UHGV virus genome: UHGV-0132701
Direction: 5' to 3' (one strand)
Length of the DNA: 40,066 nt
Origin: a virus
Of this stretch, positions 6,897 through 17,477 are shown in pieces. Each line of letters starts with the position of its first letter. Position 1 is the first letter of the stretch. The translations under genes were made by a program, and so were the position numbers. The notes beneath the pieces were generated by a model that was not told where the DNA came from, did no database searches, and saw only the letters and a list, made by a program, of their open reading frames with translations.

Positions 6897-9089
6897 TCAC
6901 TGCTGTGTTGCCTCAGTGGCAAGCAGCGGTCTGATGGCATTTGCAGCTTTGCTTAACGCTCTTTCATAAGCTGGCGTTCCAGCTTTAGTGTTTGCCAGAC
7001 GTAAGAGCGCATTCCTAGCCATAGGGCTTTCATAAACCCTCGACATAAGGCCAATCCCTGTTTCCCCAGCCAATAGCGCGCCTCCGGTTTTTAGGTTACC
7101 AATAACCCTTACCAAAGGCGCGAGTGTCATGCCAGTCTTCGTCACAACATTAGCCTCAGATGCTCTTTTGGTAGCATCGAGAATAGATAACATCCCCTCT
7201 ATCTCTTTTCCGTTCTTCCCACCAAATACAGTTTTAAACACCTGACCATTTGCTTGTTTTTGCAGCTTGCCAAGCTCGGTCATCATTTTCTGAGGGCTGT
7301 CACCTACCTTGTCAGCTATTTTGCTGATATATGCCGCCCTTAGCATGTCTTTACCTTTTTGATCGAGTTTCCCGTACAATCGAGCTATATCTGACCCATA
7401 TTGTCCATACACAATGGTATTTACAGCCTCGGGAGTTAAATCTCCTTTGTTTAGAACGTTTTTAAGGCGCGTTTGAGTTGCATGTGTTGCCATTTTTGCA
7501 TAATCAGCTTTTCCCGCTCTCCATGCTGAAGCATCTTTTGGGCTAAGTCCTTTCGCTATAGATTTACTAAGGCTATTGGTTAGCGAGTTGTAGACCCTGT
7601 CGACCATTGTTTGCGACATTGATGGCAGAACTGTACGATCGCCTTTTACGTCAATGCGGAACTGAGTTCTCAGCTTATCAAGTAACTCAAAGGCATCATC
7701 TCCATTTGTTATCTCCTGAATGGCATTCTTATAATCATTAAGCGCAGAAATGGTCTGGGTGTCAGAAACACCTTTAAGTTTCCCAAGTTCGTTTACTGCT
7801 CCGTCGATAGCTCTTATGGCGCCACTTGTATCAACTGGCTTTCCAACCATTCTTCCTGACAGGTTGTTTAGTTTTGACTTGGCTAACGATTTTTCCCTTG
7901 CAACGCCTGACTTTAGACTATCAACGACTACAGATGGATCGTAGTCGCCGTATTTTTCGGTGAAGCGATTAACAAGCTTGGTTCTAGCATCCTGCTGTGC
8001 GGCTCTCATTGGTCCAGTCCCAGCTATGACTCCTTCTGAGTAACCCTGCAGTTGATTGCCAAGTTTTGTTTTTGGAGGAACTACATCCGATGTCATAACT
8101 GGTACATCTGCCGCAGCGGCACGCTTGAGCAATTGCTGATCTGCTGGTGATATTTCGCCACGAACAGCAGTAATTCCACGCCCTATTCCCTTTGCTGCTG
8201 CGGAAAGAACCCCCTGAGCGGCAAGGTTAACTCCGGCATTTTTAGTTGCATTTTGTGCGAAATCGCCTTTCTGATTTGCGGCCTCTGCCAGTGATCCAAT
8301 AGCCATGCTTCCTGCCGTTCCAACTCCTGGAACTAAATACCCGCCAATTGTTTCACCGGCTTGCGCGTAGGGGTCTGTCGGTCTGTCTACTGGACGATAA
8401 ACATCATCCAAAACCTTGGGCCCACCAAGCCCCTGACTGATTGCATTAATCAGACTTGCGCCACCCTGCAATACGTCAAATGGTATGTTTACCAGACCAC
8501 GACCAGCCTGTTCTGCAATTTGCCCTGCACTTTGACCACCAGTGAGCCAATCGCCAGCTTGTTGCATCAATGATGGTTCTTCTTTCTGCTGCTGAGGCGC
8601 TGCCTGTGTACTTTGCTGTACAGGCTGTTGTGTAGCTTGATTCTTCCTAGGGAGGTATTCATCAGCTTGCTGGTTGTGCAGACTCTCCGCATATGCAGTG
8701 GCATCGTCAGGATTGTCGAACATACCAAGATGCTTTCCCGTCCTCATGAAGTTATCAATAGCTTCATCATCAGACATAATGCGACCATCATCACTAACGG
8801 TAGGAATCAGCACCTCTCTACCATCTATATTGGTAGACATGCTCCGCACAGTGCTAATGCTGCCATCAGAGTTTTTAACAACAGGCCGATTGTGAATGTC
8901 AATATTACCCTTCTCTAGCAGACCTCTAGGGTAAGCAGAGTAAAACGCTTGTTTTGCCTGCTCTGCATTTTCTCCGGCTTGCGGGGCAACGACTTCATTG
9001 AAGTATTGTTCCTGAGCCTGCGCTTTTTGTTCTGGTGCTAACGCCTGATACTGTGGAGAGGCGATAACATCTTTCCATGCTTTAGCCAT
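6897..9089 (-). CDS. Ejection (injection) protein, P22 gp16 position
   Basis: 730-aa ORF in conserved synteny (gp14-gp7-gp20-gp16 order) after the tail needle; Gln/Ala-rich linker and Gly-rich segments typical of ejection proteins. Confidence 0.7.
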   Translation of the reverse strand: MAKAWKDVIASPQYQALAPEQKAQAQEQYFNEVVAPQAGENAEQAKQAFYSAYPRGLLEKGNIDIHNRPVVKNSDGSISTVRSMSTNIDGREVLIPTVSDDGRIMSDDEAIDNFMRTGKHLGMFDNPDDATAYAESLHNQQADEYLPRKNQATQQPVQQSTQAAPQQQKEEPSLMQQAGDWLTGGQSAGQIAEQAGRGLVNIPFDVLQGGASLINAISQGLGGPKVLDDVYRPVDRPTDPYAQAGETIGGYLVPGVGTAGSMAIGSLAEAANQKGDFAQNATKNAGVNLAAQGVLSAAAKGIGRGITAVRGEISPADQQLLKRAAAADVPVMTSDVVPPKTKLGNQLQGYSEGVIAGTGPMRAAQQDARTKLVNRFTEKYGDYDPSVVVDSLKSGVAREKSLAKSKLNNLSGRMVGKPVDTSGAIRAIDGAVNELGKLKGVSDTQTISALNDYKNAIQEITNGDDAFELLDKLRTQFRIDVKGDRTVLPSMSQTMVDRVYNSLTNSLSKSIAKGLSPKDASAWRAGKADYAKMATHATQTRLKNVLNKGDLTPEAVNTIVYGQYGSDIARLYGKLDQKGKDMLRAAYISKIADKVGDSPQKMMTELGKLQKQANGQVFKTVFGGKNGKEIEGMLSILDATKRASEANVVTKTGMTLAPLVRVIGNLKTGGALLAGETGIGLMSRVYESPMARNALLRLANTKAGTPAYERALSKAANAIRPLLATEATQQ

Positions 9090-10384
9090 TAATCACCCCA
9101 TAGTGAAGAAAAGTTATTGCCAGCAGGAGATTGTTGTCCTGGCGTATTCTGCACCGGCTCCTGATAATCAAACTGTTTTTTAACAGTGATCAATTTGCTT
9201 TCAAGCTGATTTCTAATCTTTCCGATAGAGTCACGAAAAGCCTTTTCACTCATTTTTGGACTTAGAGCACCAACCGCATCGGATAATTTTTTACCCTCAG
9301 CATCTGAAAGAGCCCCCATCCCCTTCAGGGACTGCACCATAGGGAGGAAAGTTTGAGCTTTAAAGGTATCTAGCCTTGCTTCAAAGTTAGCCGCATCGGA
9401 TCCAGGAACTGTCGTAAACGCTGAGCGAATGCCTACTGCTTTTGAAAGGCCGGGGCTTTGCTCTATCTCGTTGAGAGAATCAAGCGCAGTGCTGAACGTA
9501 TCAACAGCGCCCTGAGCGGCGGCCTGTCTGTCCGCGCGGGCTATGTCAGCCTTTTGCCGAACATCTGCCTGTTTCTGCTTTAACTCTTCAAGCTTTAACT
9601 GATTGCTTTCTCTGGCTATCTGTCTGTCCAGAGCCTTTTCTTGTAATTCTGCTCTTTGTATTTCGCGGGAAAGAGCAGCATTCTGTGCACTGATGTTCTG
9701 TCCACGTATCTGGATGTCCTGACCTCGAGCTGTTAGTGCTTCTCCGGCCTGATTGCTGCGGATTGTCTCTGCCAGCCTGCCTCGGTCAATCTCACGACCA
9801 GCAATCTTGTCCTGAACATTGAAGTAATCATTAGGACCAAGTGCAGCCATTCCAAGGTGATCAACAAACTCACCAAATCCTGAAGGATTCTGCTGATACA
9901 TCTGAGCAACGTTATTAGGGTCAACACCGACGCGAGTCAGTTCCTTGGCGTTGTTTTGCAGCCATGATTGCATTGCTTCTGGAGACGAGGCCGCAAGGCG
10001 TGCGCCAGCCGCTAAGGTGCCGATAGAATTACGCTGATCTTCATCAATGAATCCCATGCCTTTACGAACGGATTCAATCTGTTCTGGATATTGAGTAGCC
10101 AACTGACGCAAAGCACCGCGATCACCAGACGCATAAGCATTAGCGTATGCCTGCTGAAATTCTTTCTGCCGCTGAGCCTGCTTTTCCTGCTGAAACACCC
10201 CCGCAATACCTGAAAGGCCTTGCAAAGCAGTCAGCCCAACATTGTTAGCGCCTGAACGCTCAATATCATTGTTCTGCCTGATAAGCTGAAGCGTATTGCC
10301 GATGTCATTTACGCTCGGAGCGTTTGAGTTGACGCCGCCGATACCAGCCAACAATCCGCCGTTTGTTCCTTGCCAAGTAGCCAT
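9089..10384 (-). CDS. Ejection protein, P22 gp20 position
   Basis: 431-aa ORF, coiled-coil-rich, stop/start overlap with neighbours; synteny. Confidence 0.7.
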   Translation of the reverse strand: MATWQGTNGGLLAGIGGVNSNAPSVNDIGNTLQLIRQNNDIERSGANNVGLTALQGLSGIAGVFQQEKQAQRQKEFQQAYANAYASGDRGALRQLATQYPEQIESVRKGMGFIDEDQRNSIGTLAAGARLAASSPEAMQSWLQNNAKELTRVGVDPNNVAQMYQQNPSGFGEFVDHLGMAALGPNDYFNVQDKIAGREIDRGRLAETIRSNQAGEALTARGQDIQIRGQNISAQNAALSREIQRAELQEKALDRQIARESNQLKLEELKQKQADVRQKADIARADRQAAAQGAVDTFSTALDSLNEIEQSPGLSKAVGIRSAFTTVPGSDAANFEARLDTFKAQTFLPMVQSLKGMGALSDAEGKKLSDAVGALSPKMSEKAFRDSIGKIRNQLESKLITVKKQFDYQEPVQNTPGQQSPAGNNFSSLWGD

Positions 10385-10393
10385 GATTACCCC

Positions 10394-11086
10394 TTAAAAC
10401 AACGAGCCAAGCAATCCGATACCAGCACCAATGCCAGCGCCCCAAGGCGTTGATGTTCCCAAAAGGCTGGCAAGACCTGCACCGGCAATCGCACCAGACG
10501 TGCCACCGCTAATTGCAGTCTGAAGACTTGATGGTTTATTGGCATTAGCAGCGGCAAGTGCTGCGCTTTGCTGTGCAATGCTGCTCATGTTGTTGGCGTA
10601 TGTCTGCCCAGCGTTTGCCTGACCTTGCAGCGCACCAAGCCCAACGTTTGCCAGATTGTTGTAATTGCTCATCTGATTTGATAACCAAGACTGACCGAGT
10701 GTCGGCGCGATCGTAGCCAGTTGATTGCTTGTGGCTGTCGAACCAAGTCCACCCGTCGCCTCCGCAGCAGCAAGACTCTGGTAACGAGCCTGACCTGCAA
10801 GGTCTTTATACTGCTGAGAGTTGTAATACTGATTAAGTGCCTGCCCCTGACCTTCTAAACTGGAAATGTTCTGAAGCTGGTTAACATACTTCTCCGCAAG
10901 CGGCGTGAACTGAGCAAGGTTTTTCATGATCGTCTGCCACTGCTGATTTTGCAGGTCTGCGGCATACTTCTGAGCTTCTGCTGCATACTTTGCGCTTTTA
11001 TCAGAGCTGCCACCTTTCCCGCCTTTTTCAGGGCAATAAGGTTCCTCGCCGCGCAGTTTTCTGCCCAGCTTAAATGCATATAACAT
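10394..11086 (-). CDS. Ejection protein, P22 gp7 position
   Basis: 230-aa ORF with Gly/Ala-rich C-terminus; size and position match P22 gp7. Confidence 0.7.
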   Translation of the reverse strand: MLYAFKLGRKLRGEEPYCPEKGGKGGSSDKSAKYAAEAQKYAADLQNQQWQTIMKNLAQFTPLAEKYVNQLQNISSLEGQGQALNQYYNSQQYKDLAGQARYQSLAAAEATGGLGSTATSNQLATIAPTLGQSWLSNQMSNYNNLANVGLGALQGQANAGQTYANNMSSIAQQSAALAAANANKPSSLQTAISGGTSGAIAGAGLASLLGTSTPWGAGIGAGIGLLGSLF

Positions 11087-11088
11087 GG

Positions 11089-11547
11089 CTATCTCCCGTG
11101 ATTCAGGAAGTCGATTAGTTCTTCGCGTGTGGCGCTGTAAAACGTCACGTCATCCACGCCTTTGAAGTATTTCTTGATGGTTCCTACACGCTTAAGGCCA
11201 ATCATTGCGCAGTACATCTGCCCGTGGCGGAATTTGCGTGCAGCGAACGATGTGACGCACTGAACGGTGGTGTTAGTCAGAATGTATCGCCAGAACGCCA
11301 GCCCGATTTCCTTGCTGAATCCGCGAATCTCTGGCAGGTACATGGCGTGGCAATCGAATGTAAGCGGCTGAATCTCCTGATAGTAAACAATGCCGCCGAA
11401 CTGCCCGTGCACGTTCACCTCAAAGTAACGGCAATCAGGTTTGTAGTCGTATCCATCGCCGTTGTTGCTACCGGCGATAATGTCAGGGTGATTTCCGACT
11501 GCTTCTATCAGGTCGATGTTTCGCGTTGGTTTGAACTGAATCATCAC
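11089..11547 (-). CDS. Virion assembly protein, P22 gp14 position
   Basis: 152-aa ORF between tail needle and gp7-like genes; synteny. Confidence 0.6.
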   Translation of the reverse strand: MMIQFKPTRNIDLIEAVGNHPDIIAGSNNGDGYDYKPDCRYFEVNVHGQFGGIVYYQEIQPLTFDCHAMYLPEIRGFSKEIGLAFWRYILTNTTVQCVTSFAARKFRHGQMYCAMIGLKRVGTIKKYFKGVDDVTFYSATREELIDFLNHGR

Positions 11548-12497
11548 TGCTCCGCGATTATCTTGATGGTTGTGGCAGTAAACGCCGCTCCATTCGACTG
11601 AATGGTTAACGTGCTGCCATTTGTGGCAAGAAAGCCGTCTTTATCCACGCTGAAGAACGTAGCTAACAGGATGTTGTCGGTTGTTGTCACCGTATTACGA
11701 CTGCTAACCAACGTGTCAGGAACAGAACCGGAAAAGGTTAGCTGCATTGACCTGTTGGCGGTTCCGCTGGGCCACGTCCCGACGATCGACAGCTTGAAGA
11801 ACAAGGTTTTGTTCTCGTTGAACACAACCATCTTGTTGTTAACGGTGTCGAAGAATGGTGCCAACGTTCCGGATGACGGCGTGAGCGTTTTCAGTAGGCT
11901 AACAAGGTTGGTAGGCGCTGTCGGGATGGTTACTGATACGCCAGAGTAAACAACCTCTGACTTCTTGCGAGTAGTGGCATACTCAAGCGCAGATATTCTT
12001 GTAGAGTGATCACCAACTGTGCTTTGTAGCGTTGAAATACTTCCCTCTGCCGCTGTGAGCCTGGTATCAAGTGCGTCGATATCGGTTTTATTCTGAGTTA
12101 TTCGCGCATCATGGTTTGCTAACTCAGATTCATTGGCAGCAATTCGCGTCTCGTGATCAGCCAGCTCTGTTTCAGCAGCCGTAATCCTTGTTTCATGATC
12201 TGCAAGAGTGCTTTCCGCTGTTGCGATTCTATGTTCATGATTGACGAGAGTTGCTTCAGCAGCAGCAATTCTGGATTCATGGTCTGCAAGGGTGGCATCC
12301 TGCTCATCATTCTTCACCTGTGCATCATAAGCCCCCTTCCCTGCTTCGTTGGCCTTGTTAGCCACGTTACCAACATCAGCACCCTGTGCAATAACGTAAA
12401 GCAGATACGACTGCGAGAAGATATTGCGTGGAAGTATTGATGTATCGAGCCGCGTCGCCTGGATGATTACTGGCTCATTGAGATTCGAATCAGCCAT
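11544..12497 (-). CDS. Tail needle (P22 gp26 family) with extended C-terminal knob
   Basis: Repeated heptad pattern ([53 protein letters not shown]...) indicating a trimeric coiled coil; located directly after gp10. Confidence 0.8.
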   Translation of the reverse strand: MADSNLNEPVIIQATRLDTSILPRNIFSQSYLLYVIAQGADVGNVANKANEAGKGAYDAQVKNDEQDATLADHESRIAAAEATLVNHEHRIATAESTLADHETRITAAETELADHETRIAANESELANHDARITQNKTDIDALDTRLTAAEGSISTLQSTVGDHSTRISALEYATTRKKSEVVYSGVSVTIPTAPTNLVSLLKTLTPSSGTLAPFFDTVNNKMVVFNENKTLFFKLSIVGTWPSGTANRSMQLTFSGSVPDTLVSSRNTVTTTDNILLATFFSVDKDGFLATNGSTLTIQSNGAAFTATTIKIIAEQ

Positions 12498-13915
12498 TAC
12501 TCAATCCTTATCTGGCAGCCAGAAAGAGTGACAGGTGACTTTGTGATAACGCGCAATTTGAAGCCAACATTTTTCCTGATGCGCCCTACTCGCTTCCACA
12601 AAACGCGTTTGTCGTAAACGAACGGTTCATTCTGCTCAATCATCTGCTCACGCCCGTAATTGATGCCGTCAGTGGTTGCAGAGAGAAAAAGGCGGTCAGC
12701 ATACTGCGCAACGCCAGTTGACGATTCAACCTCAAGGTCGAACACTCTGGCGTTATCCGCTTTGAACAGTGGAGTAAACAGCAGGTGTTCCTGTTGCTTG
12801 TCGTACTGGCTGCTGATGTCGAATTGCAATTTCCCGGTCACGGACTCCAGCTTATCGCCGCACGTTATCTGATTGCCTTCGTAAATGAAGTCGATAGCGC
12901 GGTACACATCGTCATACAGGCCTGTTTTCAACACACACCATTGCGGACCATTGGCGCTTGAAGATGCGTCGTAAACAAGAACATGGCGCGGAAGATGGAT
13001 AATCAGCAGCTCATGCGCATCAAATCGCAGAGACTCCATCACGCCATCAGCCAGTTCATCAGCAGTGTAGGAGCGGAGGATTTTCTCAATGCTCGCGCTG
13101 GCGATTGGTGATACCTGACCGGAGCCGATAATGTATACAGACGGCGCACCCGTTGCCGGATTGCTGATAAACGCATAGGAATCAGCAAACGGCGTTTTGC
13201 AGTAAGTTCCGGCGATGCCTTTTTGCACCATCAGTGATGGCTGTGCGACATACAAAGCAGCACCAACGGTGGTTGCGCCAGTCAGGGAGAAATATTCAAT
13301 CGTCGATGAACCAAAGCAGACGATGAAGTCTCGCCATGTTCCGATGCCGATGATGCCGTCAGGCTGAGACTCTGCACGATATTGTGCGCTGTATCGGTCA
13401 GGGTGCGATTCGTCTTCAAGGTCAGTGATAAACCATGAATCAGTTCCGTCTTTTGACCACGCATAACGCCCACGTAAGCGCGTAATGTCACGAACCGAAC
13501 CTAACTCATACTGCGTGAATCCGCTGTCTGTAGGCCAGTTTGAGACTGTTTTAACCGTGCCATCATAGCGATACTCGACCAGTTGACCATTAACACCTAC
13601 CGCCTGTGATGTCCGACCATGCGCCATTGATACACGACCACTTCCGGCAACGTCACCGACTTCACTTTCTCCTTTGTACAGCTTGCCACCGCAAACGCGA
13701 TAAACAGCATTCTGCGCCATGTTGTACTCGACACCGCGCGATACACCATTCACATCAGAACGTTTGGCAATGCCCGGGAATGAGCGAAGATATCCGCTGC
13801 TGTTGAGTATTTCTTTGGGTGTAGCCAGCATATTCACTGGCAGATAGTCGATGTAGTCGGCGTTTCGGAAATCTTTGCCGACACCTTTCATAAGCGGAAG
13901 TTGCTGAATCGGCAT
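12497..13915 (-). CDS. Tail accessory/head-completion protein, P22 gp10-like
   Basis: 472 aa, same length as P22 gp10; synteny between gp4 and tail needle. Confidence 0.85.
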   Translation of the reverse strand: MPIQQLPLMKGVGKDFRNADYIDYLPVNMLATPKEILNSSGYLRSFPGIAKRSDVNGVSRGVEYNMAQNAVYRVCGGKLYKGESEVGDVAGSGRVSMAHGRTSQAVGVNGQLVEYRYDGTVKTVSNWPTDSGFTQYELGSVRDITRLRGRYAWSKDGTDSWFITDLEDESHPDRYSAQYRAESQPDGIIGIGTWRDFIVCFGSSTIEYFSLTGATTVGAALYVAQPSLMVQKGIAGTYCKTPFADSYAFISNPATGAPSVYIIGSGQVSPIASASIEKILRSYTADELADGVMESLRFDAHELLIIHLPRHVLVYDASSSANGPQWCVLKTGLYDDVYRAIDFIYEGNQITCGDKLESVTGKLQFDISSQYDKQQEHLLFTPLFKADNARVFDLEVESSTGVAQYADRLFLSATTDGINYGREQMIEQNEPFVYDKRVLWKRVGRIRKNVGFKLRVITKSPVTLSGCQIRIE

Positions 13916-14415
13916 TATTCGCTCCCGTTATCGCAAGGTTCCTTTCGGTGGAAGTAATTCCAACCATTCCACTTCGCCAACTGGTTACCACTACCAACAG
14001 GCATACGGTTTGGATAACCGGATTTACATTTAGCGGCTTTTGCTCTGTCCATTGCAGACAGTTTGACGAGTCGCTCTTTCCCGTATCTGGCAGTGGTTAT
14101 AAGTTTTGCAGACGCTTCCAGCGCATAATCTGGAGCAATGCGGCAGGCAAGGTTGAAAATGACGGCATTGATAGCGTTATTTGATAAACCGTGTTCATCG
14201 CCTGGATCCGGAGCGACATCGGCATCAGCGAAAATGTAGCCAACGTTGATACCAGGTGACACATCACCGCCAAGCCATTCAGCCATCATCATTTCAAGGT
14301 CGTTGACCCCGTCTTCCATAGACTGCGGTTCGACATCGGTTAACGTGGCATTTGATGCAACACCGAGCTTACGTAATGCTGCAAGGACTAAATCACCCTT
14401 CGTTGTCAGGTTCAT
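13915..14415 (-). CDS. Tail accessory protein, P22 gp4-like (start at MNLTTKGDL)
   Basis: 166 aa from the internal Met, matching P22 gp4 length and its [27 protein letters not shown]-terminal pattern. Confidence 0.8.
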   Translation of the reverse strand: MNLTTKGDLVLAALRKLGVASNATLTDVEPQSMEDGVNDLEMMMAEWLGGDVSPGINVGYIFADADVAPDPGDEHGLSNNAINAVIFNLACRIAPDYALEASAKLITTARYGKERLVKLSAMDRAKAAKCKSGYPNRMPVGSGNQLAKWNGWNYFHRKEPCDNGSE

Positions 14416-14623
14416 CTGCTGCCGCCTTAGGTTTTCGACCAGGCTTTTTACGCTGTTTTTCTTCTGGCTCTGGCTCTGCAACATCCTTCAAAAGGTCATC
14501 AGGATGTGAAAACCAACCAGCATCCAGATATTCCTGAAGCTCTTCTGCTTTCACGATTTCAAAGTCGTAGCCAACGCCTTTCCACTTCTTCATGTCGCCA
14601 TGACGAAAGATCATGTGTGTCAT
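14393..14623 (-). CDS. Small hypothetical protein (76 aa) between coat and gp4, Lys/Pro-rich C-terminus
   Basis: ORF with RBS ggagacaagc before the ATG, directly after the coat-gene terminator hairpin. Confidence 0.4.
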   Translation of the reverse strand: MTHMIFRHGDMKKWKGVGYDFEIVKAEELQEYLDAGWFSHPDDLLKDVAEPEPEEKQRKKPGRKPKAAADEPDNEG

Positions 14624-14635
14624 GCTTGTCTCCAG

Positions 14636-14660
14636 ATAAAAAAGGGAGCCGAAGCTCCCT
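14636..14660 (-). terminator. Hairpin terminator/attenuator after the coat gene
   Basis: GGGAGC-cgaa-GCTCCC hairpin with a T-run on the minus strand; same cgaa tetraloop architecture as the hairpin at 5401-5427. Confidence 0.45.
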
Positions 14661-14667
14661 CTGGTTA

Positions 14668-15963
14668 TCACGCAGTCTGGTTAGGCAGACCAACACCAAT
14701 TGCCTCTGGTCGTACAGCACATGCTGAATACCACACAGCAATACGGCACTTACCAGACAGCGTGTTGATATCACCCTGCGTTGCGAAGATGCCGTTAACA
14801 CCAATACCAGGAATGCTGAAGGAAGACGTTTTCATGCCAGCAAACAGTTCATGGGTTACCGGGATCGGCTGAGACAGCAGGCGGATTGAGTCATCAGCCC
14901 AGAACACGTTAGCGGTGGTTGTTGCCACGTTCAGAACGTTTACCGGAGTGGCATCAGCAAGAGAGGTGTTTACATTAGCGTAAGCCTTCTCTTCTTTTGT
15001 CAGTGAAGCGTCATCAAGCGCAATCGGCTTCGGCGTGATTTCGATGTGAGTACCATCGATCACACGGGTGATTGAGAAAGTCGCATCATCAGTCAGCACG
15101 TTCTTCGCCATCTGAGACAGGAATTTCACACCAGTGAAGCTGATTTTGTCGCCGCGCTTAAATCCGGTGGTGGAGGATATGGTCACCGTTGCAACACGGT
15201 TGTCGACGTTCTCTTTGTTACCATCGGTATCAAGGGTGTATGCCTGCGGCTTAAACTTCTGCGCACCAGAAACAGTTACACCAGTAGCGGTTGACTTGGT
15301 AACTGCAGGAAGTTTCGGTGAGCGAAGAATTTCATCAAAGCCAGCAATCTGACGCTGAATAGTACCGTTGCGATAAGCTTCTTCAGGAACGCGCCCAAAG
15401 ATGTCACCATCTACCAGGTTGCGGCCTGCTTTGCGGTAATCGTCAGGGTTCAGGAAGTAACTGATGCCCATGTCGCGGTTGAGTTCGCGGGAGAACATCA
15501 GGCGCTCTGCATCAGACACAAAATCCCAGCCAGACAGGCCAGTAGATGGACCAATTGCGCGGGTATCGTGAACAACAAGCGAGCCCATTTCAGTTGCCTG
15601 TTTGGCAATCGCTGACTCAATGTTATTCGCCAGTTTTTTGGCAGATGCCTGGATGCGGCGACGGTAAGAACGCTCATCACGCAGGTCATCTGCACGAAGC
15701 TCGAAGAAATCGTTATCCGGATCACCCATGTTGCATTTCACGGAGAGTTCCAGAATCCCAGTAGCGTTGCCAGTTAAATCCCAGCCAGTCTGAGTTGGCG
15801 CTTCCTGCTCAACAGGCATCCACACGGTGTTGCTTGAACGTTGCATGGATTCTGCCGGAGGGGTGTATTTTGTCACTTTGGACGCCATTGGCGTCAGGTT
15901 CTGGACGGTTTCGATGATTTCATCGATAGCGTAAGTAACTAACTGCCCTTCTTTGAGAGTCAT
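14668..15963 (-). CDS. Major capsid (coat) protein, P22 gp5-like
   Basis: 431 aa; near-identical to P22 coat over most of its length as recalled ([20 protein letters not shown]...[14 protein letters not shown]...[29 protein letters not shown]...). Confidence 0.95.
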   Translation of the reverse strand: MTLKEGQLVTYAIDEIIETVQNLTPMASKVTKYTPPAESMQRSSNTVWMPVEQEAPTQTGWDLTGNATGILELSVKCNMGDPDNDFFELRADDLRDERSYRRRIQASAKKLANNIESAIAKQATEMGSLVVHDTRAIGPSTGLSGWDFVSDAERLMFSRELNRDMGISYFLNPDDYRKAGRNLVDGDIFGRVPEEAYRNGTIQRQIAGFDEILRSPKLPAVTKSTATGVTVSGAQKFKPQAYTLDTDGNKENVDNRVATVTISSTTGFKRGDKISFTGVKFLSQMAKNVLTDDATFSITRVIDGTHIEITPKPIALDDASLTKEEKAYANVNTSLADATPVNVLNVATTTANVFWADDSIRLLSQPIPVTHELFAGMKTSSFSIPGIGVNGIFATQGDINTLSGKCRIAVWYSACAVRPEAIGVGLPNQTA

Positions 15964-16030
15964 ATATTGAATACCTTACTTTCTTTATGTGCTATACTAT
16001 TGTTATATCAACATATAGCGCATTAGGGTT

Positions 16031-16552
16031 ATGAGCATGGAACTGAATGAATACTTCGAATACCGCGATGGTTCTTTGGTTTGGAAAGCCAGAAGCTCTG
16101 AATTTTTCAACAACAAAAAGAATCGCAACTATCACAACGTTTGGAATGCAAAACACGCTGGGAAAGTTGCTGGTCTTTTAGAAAGCAATGGATATATCCG
16201 CATAAGAATTAACGGCATTAAGTGGCTAGCACACCGCATCGTATGGGTAATGTTTAACGGAGATATTCCAGAAGGCATGGAAATTGACCATATAAATGGG
16301 ATTCGCCACGACAACAGAATTGAAAATCTTCGTCTTGTGAAAAAATCAGCAAACCAAAGGAATAGAATCAAACTATCTAAAAATAACTCCAGCGGAATAT
16401 CTGGAGTTTACTTTTGCAACACGCGGAAAAGATGGATCGCTCATAAGCGACTGCTTAATGCAAGAGTGCAAAAAGTATGTTCTTCATTCGAAGAGGCGAA
16501 AGAAGTAATCAGAAAGTTTGACGAGGAAAACAACATCACGATATCGAAATAA
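16031..16552 (+). CDS. HNH-family homing endonuclease with AP2-type DNA-binding region, free-standing insertion
   Basis: HNH motif IDHINGIRHDNRIENLRLV...N; AP2-like GVYF...RWIA; AT-rich; opposite strand to, and wedged between, the scaffold and coat genes. Confidence 0.8.
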   Translation: MSMELNEYFEYRDGSLVWKARSSEFFNNKKNRNYHNVWNAKHAGKVAGLLESNGYIRIRINGIKWLAHRIVWVMFNGDIPEGMEIDHINGIRHDNRIENLRLVKKSANQRNRIKLSKNNSSGISGVYFCNTRKRWIAHKRLLNARVQKVCSSFEEAKEVIRKFDEENNITISK

Positions 16553-17464
16553 TTATCGAATTCCTTTATTCAGTTGCGCCTTGAGCTTGCGGTACGTCTC
16601 TACATCCCCTTTGTTTGCTGCCGCTTCCATCTGCTTTTCAATCGCAGAGATATTTGCAGCAACAGCGTGCCCCTGAATGGGTTCATCAGGTAACGGGGCT
16701 TCTGAAACAGGCTTTGCTCGAGGCTTGAGAGTTAAACGTTCTGACAGTCGAGTGAGTTCAATCAGCGCGGATTGCCCGTCCATCGCCAGCAACTGGCGTG
16801 TTTTCTCAGGATTAGCACCAAGGTGATACATGAGAGCGGCGGATTTCTCCGGGAAGAGGCGCATGATGTCGGCACCGACTGCTGGCGGCACCAGTTGCAT
16901 GAATGCATCCTCTTTCTCCTGATAGTCAGGGATATTGAGCTTTTCCGCTGCGTCGTAGTGCTTACGGGCTGCCTCGACGTATTGCGCTGATTGCTGGGTG
17001 AACTCCTGAGTTTTGCGACCCTGCTCGGCGACAGCCTGGCTTCGTGCGTCCATAGCCTTGATCTGCCATTCACTGTTTGCCTGCTGGAAGGCAGCCAGTG
17101 CGCGGCTCTGGTCATAGTCGTACTTAGCCAGCGCATCTTCGGAAAGATAATCGTTAGGGTCTGGTTGTTTTGGTAACTCAGGGTTCACCCGCAGGTGCTC
17201 CGGCAACTCTCCACGCTTAACCGCTTCCATCTGCTGCTCAAGCTCACGCTGGCGTTTGCGTTCGATGCGGCGACGGGCAAATTCAGCATTAGTTGCCGGG
17301 TCTTGTTTTGGTTTCTCATCGTCTTTCAGGACAATCTCGAAGCCTTCTTCCTGACCTGCGATGTCGTTGGCATTATCGACAACTAAGCCATCAGCAGATG
17401 CCGCTGCATGATTGCCGGGCAGGGTTAATTCTTCAGAAGCCTGAATGTCGGTGGTTTGGTCCAT
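16553..17464 (-). CDS. Scaffolding protein, P22 gp8-like
   Basis: 303 aa, same as P22 gp8; acidic N-terminus, helical C-terminus; between portal and coat. Confidence 0.85.
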   Translation of the reverse strand: MDQTTDIQASEELTLPGNHAAASADGLVVDNANDIAGQEEGFEIVLKDDEKPKQDPATNAEFARRRIERKRQRELEQQMEAVKRGELPEHLRVNPELPKQPDPNDYLSEDALAKYDYDQSRALAAFQQANSEWQIKAMDARSQAVAEQGRKTQEFTQQSAQYVEAARKHYDAAEKLNIPDYQEKEDAFMQLVPPAVGADIMRLFPEKSAALMYHLGANPEKTRQLLAMDGQSALIELTRLSERLTLKPRAKPVSEAPLPDEPIQGHAVAANISAIEKQMEAAANKGDVETYRKLKAQLNKGIR

Positions 17465-17477
17465 GGTTAACTCTCTC

